From: Macrostomum hystrix
Taxonomy: Eukaryota > Animalia > Platyhelminthes
Direction of reading: 5' to 3'
NCBI GenBank assembly: GCA_950097015.1
Contig: CATNEN010000029.1
Coordinates: 2,108,001 to 2,172,000, forward strand
DNA length: 64,000 nt
Shown here: positions 54,250-64,000 of the stretch, in pieces
How positions within the stretch are numbered: position 1 is the first letter of the stretch
How the letters are laid out: the number at the start of each line of letters is the position of its first letter
Made by a program: the position numbers and the translations under genes
The notes under the pieces: model-generated
Database searches by the model: none
What the model was told of the DNA's origin: nothing
Seen by the model: only the letters and a program-made list of their open reading frames with translations

Positions 54250-54869
54250 GGGAATTTTTTTGAATGGGGTATAGAAAGAATGACAAGGATACTGAAATAC
54301 TGAAAGAATACTGAAAGGATACTAAAGAAGTTTCAAGAAAGAATTTGATTTTTAAAGAACGAATTGTACGAGTATTTCATTAAGGTGATATTAAGTTTGA
54401 GATCCTAAAAGTAAGGAAAATTTTGCAAAGTGATTTATTGATACGAAAGGCATTTATCTATGTCTATGTCATCATTTAGAGTTTATGTCTAGATAAACTA
54501 GCAATTATTTCAAAGTACTAAATTAGAATATTGCGGTTATCGAATTTTTCCAACTATAATCCTTGGCTCCTTAATTCGAGTTAATAGAAATTCAAATTAG
54601 TCTTTTGTTGGTTTGGCAAGAGCAGATGGCAAGGGTCTCCCAACAGCTTTGCCAAAATACCTAATACTTTATTCGCTAATACAGCCAGACAGGTTCAAAT
54701 AAATAGAATTAATTGTTTGTCCCCTGAAGCGAAAAGCAATCGGGTGATTGTGAATGATTTAGCTCGTACCAATTCTGGCCTGAGAGAAAAGGCGTTTGAG
54801 AAGATGTTTTCATTTTGTTTTAGTGCATCACTCTGAGACAGTCTGTGTAGCGAAAGCAGCTGTGGAATC

Positions 54870-55168
54870 AAGGGGTGACAGGGCTGATAGGAGAGGGTGT
54901 GACAGGGCTGATAGGAGAGGGTGTGACAGCTGATAGGAGAGGGTGTGACAGCTGATAGGAGAGGGTGTGACAGCTGATAGGAGAGGGTGTGACAGCTGAT
55001 AGGAGAGGGTGTGACAGCTGATAGGAGAGGGTGTGACAGCTGATAGGAGAGGGTGTGACAGCTGATAGGAGAGGGTGTGACAGGGCTGATAGGAGAGGGT
55101 GTGACAGCTGATAGGAGAGGGTGTGACAGGGCTGATACGAGAGGGTGTGACAGCTGATAGTAGAGGGT
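54870..55168. repeat. 22-bp minisatellite (gggtgtgacagctgataggaga)
   Basis: About 13 copies. Confidence 0.95.
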
Positions 55169-55354
55169 GATACAAAGAAAATATTTTTATGGAAGGTATG
55201 AGATTCTCAGAGTTAGGATCTTGGATGAAGCTAGCAGAACACACGAGTTACAACTCAGTCACTACTAACCATTACAAACTTAAAAGTAGCGCTGTTAGAA
55301 TATTACATTTATAGCTGCTCAAGGCATACGCTTGTACAAGGCTGTGAAAAATGA

Positions 55355-58075
55355 TCAGTGAGAAGGGATCAGTAGAAGGGATCAGTAGAAGGGATCAGTG
55401 CGAAGCAATCAGTAGAAGGGATCAGTGAGAAGGGATCAGTAGAAGGGATCAGTGAGAAGCAATCAGTAAGAAGGGATCAGTGAGAAGCAATCAGTAAGAA
55501 GGGATCAGTGAGAAGGGGTCAGTGAGAAGGGGTCAGTGAGAAGGGATCAGTGAGAAGCAATCAGTAAGAAGGGATCAGTGAGAAGGGATCAGTGAGAAGG
55601 GATCAGTGAGAATGGATCAGTGAGAAGGGATCAGTGAGAAGCAATCAGTGAGAAGGGATCAGTAGAAGGGATCAGTGAGAAGGGATCAGTGAGAAGGGAT
55701 CAGTAGAAGGGATCAGTGAGAAGCAATCAGTGAGAAGGGATCAGTAGAAGGGATCAGTGAGAAGGGATCAGTGAGAAGGGATCAGTGAGAAGGGGTCAGT
55801 GAGAAGGGGTCAGTGAGAAGGGGTCAGTGAGAAGGGGTCAGTGAGAAGCAATCAGTGAGAAGGGATCAGTAGAAGGGATCAGTGAGAAGCAATCAGTGAG
55901 AAGGGATAAGTAAGAAGGGATCAGTGAGAAGGGATCAGTGAGAAGGGATCAGTGAGAAGGGATCAGTGAGAAGGGGTCAGTGAGAATTATTCATTGAGAA
56001 GGGATCAGTGAGAAGGGATCAGTGAGAAGGGGTCAGTGAGAAGGGGTCAGTGAGAAGGGATCAGTGAGAATGGATCAGTGAGAAGGGGTAAGTGAGAAGG
56101 GATCAGTAGAAGGGATCAGTGAGAAGGGATCAGTGAGAAGGGATCAGTGAGAAGGGGTCAGTGAGAAGGGGTCAGTGAGAAGGGGTCAGTGAGAAGGGGT
56201 CAGTGAGAAGGGGTCAGTGAGAAGGGATCAGTGAGAAGGGGTAAGTGAGAAGGGACCAGTAGAAGGGATCAGTGAGAAGCAATCAGTGAGAAGGGATCAG
56301 TAGAAGGGATCAGTGAGAATGGATCAGTGAGAAGGGATCAGTGAGAAGGGATAAGTAAGAATGGATCAGTGAGAAGGGATCAGTGAGAAGGGATCAGTGA
56401 GAAGGGGTCAGTGAGAATTATCCATTGAGAAGGGATCAGTGAGAAGGGATCAGTGAGAAGGGGTCAGTGAGAAGGGGTCAGTGAGAAGGGGTCAGTGAGA
56501 AGGGGTCAGTGAGAAGGGGTCAGTGAGAAGCAATCAGTGAGAAGGGATCAGTAGAAGGGATCAGTGAGAATGGATCAGTGAGAAGGGATCAGTGAGAAGG
56601 GATAAGTAAGAAGGGATCAGTGAGAAGGGATCAGTGAGAAGGGGTCAGTGAGAAGCAATCAGTGAGAAGGGATCAGTAGAAGGGATCAGTGAGAATGGAT
56701 CAGTGAGAAGGGATCAGTGAGAAGGGATAAGTAAGAAGGGATCAGTGAGAAGGGATCAGTGAGAAGGGATCAGTGAGAAGGGATCAGTGAGAAGGGGTCA
56801 GTGAGAATTATTCATTGAGAAGGGATCAGTGAGAAGGGATCAGTGAGAAGGGGTCAGTGAGAAGGGGTCAGTGAGAAGGGATCAGTGAGAATGGATCAGT
56901 GAGAAGGGGTAAGTGAGAAGGGATCAGTAGAAGGGATCAGTGAGAAGGGATCAGTGAGAAGGGATCAGTGAGAAGGGGTCAGTGAGAAGGGGTCAGTGAG
57001 AAGGGGTCAGTGAGAAGGGGTCAGTGAGAAGGGATCAGTGAGAAGGGATCAGTGAGAAGGGGTAAGTGAGAAGGGACCAGTAGAAGGGATCAGTGAGAAG
57101 CAATCAGTGAGAAGGGATCAGTAGAAGGGATCAGTGAGAATGGATCAGTGAGAAGGGATCAGTGAGAAGGGATAAGTAAGAAGGGATCAGTGAGAAGGGA
57201 TCAGTGAGAAGGGATCAGTGAGAAGGGATCAGTGAGAAGGGGTCAGTGAGAATTATTCATTGAGAAGGGATCAGTGAGAAGGGATCAGTGAGAAGGGGTC
57301 AGTGAGAAGGGGTCAGTGAGAAGGGGTCAGTGAGAAGGGGTCAGTGAGAAGGGGTCAGTGAGAAGCAATCAGTGAGAAGGGATCAGTAGAAGGGATCAGT
57401 GAGAATGGATCAGTGAGAAGGGATCAGTGAGAAGGGATAAGTAAGAAGGGATCAGTGAGAAGGGATCAGTGAGAAGGGATCAGTGAGAAGGGATCAGTGA
57501 GAAGGGATCAGTGAGAAGGGGTCAGTGAGAATTATTCATTGAGAAGGGATCAGTGAGAAGGGATCAGTGAGAAGGGGTCAGTGAGAAGGGGTCAGTGAGA
57601 AGGGGTCAGTGAGAAGGGATCAGTGAGAAGGGATCAGTGAGAATGGATCAGTGAGAAGGGGTAAGTGAGAAGGGATCAGTAGAAGGGATCAGTGAGAAGG
57701 GATCAGTGAGAAGGGATCAGTGAGAAGGGATCAGTGAGAAGGGGTCAGTGAGAAGGGATCAGTGAGAAGGGGTCAGTGAGAAGGGATCAGTGAGAAGGGG
57801 TCAGTGAGAAGGGATCAGTGAGAAGGGATCAGTGAGAAGGGATCAGTGAGAAGGGATCAGTGAGAAGGGATCAGTGAGAAGGGGTCAGTGAGAAGGGATC
57901 AGTGAGAAGGGGTCAGTGAGAAGGGATCAGTGAGAAGGGATCAGTGAGAATTATTCATTGAGAAGGGATCAGTGAGAAGGGATAAGTAAGAAGGGATCAG
58001 TGAGAAGGGATCAGTGAGAAGGGATCAGTGAGAAGGGATCAGTGAGAAGGGATCAGTGAGAAGAGATCAGTGAGA
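55355..58075. repeat. 14-bp minisatellite (agtgagaagggatc), ~190 copies
   Basis: Direct periodicity with higher-order blocks. Confidence 0.97.
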
Positions 58076-58614
58076 AGGTATAAATAACATTGAGTCATTG
58101 AGGGTCAGTGATAATTACGATTCTGTTAGCTCTTTTTCTCATCTCACAAACAGTTTAAAAATACCCGACGGCTATTCGAAGATGGCATGCCCCACTCAAG
58201 CCTAGTTGTGCCACATGGCCCTGACACGGAGGCTGGACTCTAATAGTCAAGGAAATTTGAATCTAATTCGATTTCAAAAGACTCCGCAGTGGCACCAGTA
58301 TTTAGATGGATTTTGCTTCAATGTAGCCGGATCTGTTCTCGTGTCAAACACTCGGTAATTATCTAACAATTCAGAATCTGCGCGCTGGTACATGTGGTAG
58401 CCTTGTAGAGTGTCACGTGTGATGGTAGGGATGCGATTCGGATCGAATTTCGTGTCGATCTTCTCTGGTGTGTTGCAGATTTTGGTGAGGCTTTGTCGCT
58501 GTTGTTTATCGAAACAATACAGCTCTTGATTTGAAAAATAAAACTCGGTGCATAAATCAGTTCACGGATTTAAAGTGTTTTGAGCGATTGCAACTTTTTT
58601 ATTGACTGCTTTCA

Positions 58615-59750
58615 GTAATTGCAACTCATTTTCACAGATTGCAACTCATTTTCACATATTGCAACTCATTTTCACAGATTGCAACTCATTTTCACATATT
58701 GCAACTCATTTTCATATATTGCAACTCATTTTCACAGATTGCAACTCATTTTCACATATTGCAACTCATTTTCATATATTGCAACTCATTTTCACAGATT
58801 GCAACTCATTTTCACATATTGCAACTCATTTTCATATATTGCAACTCATTTTCACAGATTGCAACTCATTTTCACATATTGCAACTCATTTTCACAGATT
58901 GCAACTCATTTTTACTGATTGCAACTCATTTTCACAGATTGCAACTCATTTTCACAGATTGCAACTCATTTTCACATATTGCAACTCATTTTCACATATT
59001 GCAACTCATTTTCACATATTGCAACTCATTTTCACATATTGCAACTCATTTTCACATATTGCAACTCAATTTTCATATATTGCAACTCATTTTCACATAT
59101 TGCAACTCATTTTCACAGATTGCAACTCATTTTCACAGATTGCAACTCATTTTCACATATTGCAACTCATTTTCACATATTGCAACTCATTTTCACATAT
59201 TGCAACTCATTTTCACATATTGCAACTCATTTTCACATATTGCAACTCATTTTCACAGATTGCAACTCATTTTTACTGATTGCAACTCATTTTTACTTAT
59301 TGCAACTCATTTTTACTTATTGCAACTCAATTTTACTTATTGCAACTCATTTTTACTGATTGCAACTCATTTTTACCGATTGCAACTCATTTTTACCGAT
59401 TGCAACTCATTTTTAACGATTGCAACTCATTTTTAACGATTGCAACTCATTTTTACCGTTTGCAACTCATTTTTACTTATTGCAACACATTTTTACTTAT
59501 TGCAACTCAATTTTACTTATTGCAACTCATTTTTACTGATTGCAACTCATTTTTACCGATTGCAACTCATTTTTACCGATTGCAACTCATTTTTAACGAT
59601 TGCAACTCATTTTTACCGTTTGCAACTAAGTTTTACCTACTGCAACTCAGTTTTCCGATTGCAACACATTTTTACCGATTGCAACTCAGTTCTACCAATT
59701 GCAACTCATTTTTACCGATTGCAACTCATTTTTATGGCAACATATTGCAA
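58615..59750. repeat. 20-bp minisatellite (attgcaactcattttcacat), ~55 copies
   Basis: Direct periodicity. Confidence 0.97.
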
Positions 59751-60195
59751 CTCAACTAACTAAAGAGTTAGTTGTTTATATTTTTTGTTATAATGTTCAT
59801 TTAAATACACCTCGTATGTTAAAGCAAGACAAATAAAAAGCAAAGTCCTTTGAAAAAACTCTTTGATGCTTTAGAGCTTGAGCAATTAGAAATGAGGACG
59901 GCAGTTACCACATCGAATGCAGGATTTATTTACGATAAACAATTTTTTTGACAGTGATTAAACCTGTAATCTCAGCTGAGTTAACTGGTTTCGTACTGGC
60001 ATAGGTGCGAAAAAAAACTAAAAAATGGCTTGGCAACAATGGTAAAATCAAATTAGCGATTCATTTCAGAGGTGCAAAATATAGTTATCTTTTCTGAGCT
60101 GTAAGCCTCAACTTGAAAACGCATCTTCTCGATCGACAAAAACTGAAAAAATAATTACAGAAAAGTAGAAAAGTTTTTTCGTAAATATGACGTTG

Positions 60196-61663
<1,468 letters not shown>

Positions 61664-61714
61664 CTAGCGCCAAATCTGTCCTCGAGCCTGCTTTCATTTA
61701 GAACGAGTGGCCGG

Positions 61715-61810
61715 CTCAAATTATATAAATCGACCGTCTGGGGGGGGTGGGGAAGATTGGGAATCTGCAGCTCCCTCCCCCCCCGCGGTGACAACCTTGA
61801 CCAATCATGG
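61715..61810 (-). promoter_or_regulatory. Putative foxG core promoter
   Basis: TATATAA on the minus strand at 61721-61727, about 90 nt before the ATG; CCAAT-type motifs at ~61756 and ~61801. Confidence 0.5.
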
Positions 61811-62717
61811 ATCAGTGGCACACTCCCTCTCAAAGCCACATTGAAATAATTATTGTCTCATTCTCTCTGTCTGTGTGTGTGTCGATTCGTTTCAGTACCA
61901 CCCACCTCCCTCACCACTCCAAGGTAAAGTTGGCTGGTTTGTATTGCTCATTGTGCTCTGGTCTGAGGCGCAATAGTTAGTTGATTGTAAACATCGCTTC
62001 ATCGGTGTGTAAACACACCACCCACTAGCTAAAGCATGCTGCTGTTAGCTACTCATTGTGCTCATTTTATCATCTTTCTCTCTCTGAGTGTCTCTATGCG
62101 AGTTTCAATTGTTGACACAACTGAACAATTCGCGGGCACACCAGCAGGCTTTTGTTGAATCAACTAGGCCAGCAGAAGGAGGTATTCTTAGAAAGGCATT
62201 TTAACAAGCTTAACAGACAGCACGCAACTTAATTAGCTGACAGGTGGGCTCTGATACCGACTGTCAAAACTGTGTGTGCGGTGCGCAAAGAATCATTTGA
62301 GCTGCGCTAGATTAGGAAAATATTTAGAATAGGCAAGACTAACAAATGGCTCAATTTACCTACTGTCTGACATCAATAGAAACTGATGCACTCGGCGGTG
62401 TAGTGTGGGAAACTGCTAGATAGACGCTTCCAATGCTGACACAATTATAAATATACACACTTATAAGAGGTGCCATCAGTTTGCAGAGCTCAATCTCATC
62501 TCAATCTTATTGCCTGGTCTTATTTGTATTTCTAGAAGCCTCTGTTACACCCGCCCCACCGCCTGTACTCAGCTTTGCCAATTCTCAGCTTTCTCTGTAA
62601 TCTAGCCAACAGAGCTTAAACTGAATTTTCTGCTCTATGAGCTGCTTATTATTGCCTTTTTTCACTGAAACTTTGTTAGGTGTGCGAATTCCGGGAACTT
62701 TGTACTCGTAAGTTGGG

Positions 62718-63655
62718 AAATTGCTAAGGTGGGGACATTGCTAAGGTGGGGACATTGCTAAGGTGGGGACATTGCTAAGGTGGGGACATTGCTAAGGTGG
62801 GGACATTGCTAAGGTGGGGACATTGCTAAGGTGGGGACAGTGCTAAGGTCGGGACAGTGCTAAGGTGGGGACATTGCTAAGGTGGGGACAGTGCTAAGGT
62901 GGGGACATTGCTAAGGTGAGGACAGTGCTAAGGTGGGGACATTGCTAAGGTGTGGACATTGCTAAGGTGGGGACATTGCTAAGGTGGGGACATTGCTAAG
63001 GTGGGGACATTGCTAAGGTGGGGACATTGCTAAGGTGAGGACAGTGCTAAGGTCGGGACAGTGCTAAGGTGGGGACATTGCTAAGGTGGGGACATTGCTA
63101 AGGTGTGGACATTGCTAAGGTGGGGACATTGCTAAGGTGGGGACATTGCTAAGGTGTGGACATTGCTAAGGTGAGGACATTGCTAAGGTGGGGACATTGC
63201 TAAGGTGAGGACAGTGCTAAGGTGGGGACATTGCTAAGGTGTGGACATTGCTAAGGTGGGGACATTGCTAAGGTGGGGACATTGCTAAGGTGGGGACATT
63301 GCTAAGGTGGGGACATTGCTAAGGTGGGGACATTGCTAAGGTGGGGACATTGCTAAGGTGTGGACATTGCTAAGGTGGGGACATTGCTAAGGTCGGGACA
63401 GTGCTAAGGTGGGGACATTGCTAAGGTGGGGACATTGCTAAGGTGGGGACATTGCTAAGGTGTGGACATTGCTAACGTGGGGACATTGCTAAGGTGGGGA
63501 CATTGCTAAGGTGGGGACATTGCTAAGGTGGGGACATTGCTAAGGTGGGGACATTGCTAAGGTGGGGACATTGCTAAGGTGGGGACATTGCTAAGGTGGG
63601 GACAGTGCTAAGGTGGGGACATTGCTAAGGTGGGGACATTGCTAAGGTGGGGGGG
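62718..63655. repeat. 17-bp minisatellite (attgctaaggtggggac), ~55 copies, ~1.1 kb upstream of foxG
   Basis: Direct periodicity. Confidence 0.97.
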
Positions 63656-64000
63656 AACATAGCTTACTGTCTATACAATAGATATTTGAAAGAAGTACAA
63701 TGGTGAGAAAGCACAGATAGAGTATTTATTGTGTAAGCGAGCCATTTTGAGAACAGATAATTATCCAGCCTAAGAGAGAGCTTACAAATTTAGCGAAAGC
63801 ACAAAAACAAGCGAAAACAGAATCCATCAGATTGGATAACTTTTTGTTGCTATGTCGCCATGCGGTATCTGATTTCACAGTTACAGATCTATTAAGTTTA
63901 GTGACAGAACCGCAACTAGACCAGTAGTTAGCCGCACAGCCCCTGAAGGCAGACAAATTAGAGTCGCAACCATGACTCGATAATTGCTCGTGTGCCTCTT

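Noticed and set aside
58602-59763. Overlapping ORFs (IATHFHILQLIF repeats)
   Set aside because: Translations of the 20-bp minisatellite.

Overview
Animal genomic DNA with GC-rich exons and AT- or minisatellite-rich introns and intergenic DNA. My inference, which I cannot verify here, is a free-living flatworm such as Macrostomum. I reconstructed five protein-coding genes by hand. (1) The 3' ~2,660 codons of a polycystin-1 family gene (+, 19 exons, 158-24315: PKD-REJ-GAIN/GPS-PLAT-TM-TOP-channel-coiled coil); its 5' end lies upstream of the window. (2) RPS11/uS17 (-, 25472-25918). (3) A WW+BAG co-chaperone (BAG3-like; -, 26810-27670) whose WW domain is missed by the ORF track and which has no in-frame ATG. 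(4) A secreted EGFR-ligand-type EGF precursor (+, 45099-47934). (5) foxG (-, 60196-61633, 2 exons). Mobile DNA comprises a frameshifted Crypton-type tyrosine recombinase (39704-40930), two tRNA-derived SINE families (one with a CORE-like domain), nested inverted-repeat elements and about 25 distinct minisatellite arrays. The best leads are: a possible SL trans-spliced BAG3-RPS11 operon in which the leader's terminal AUG would supply the BAG3 start codon; the Crypton and its adjacent hairpin; the transmembrane-less EGF ligand with a stop codon inside a splice donor and a kB-like motif array upstream; and intron-private minisatellites built from splice-signal-like words. There are no CRISPR arrays, rRNA genes or bona fide tRNA genes. 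All exon boundaries are manual predictions from GT-AG signals and phase continuity.
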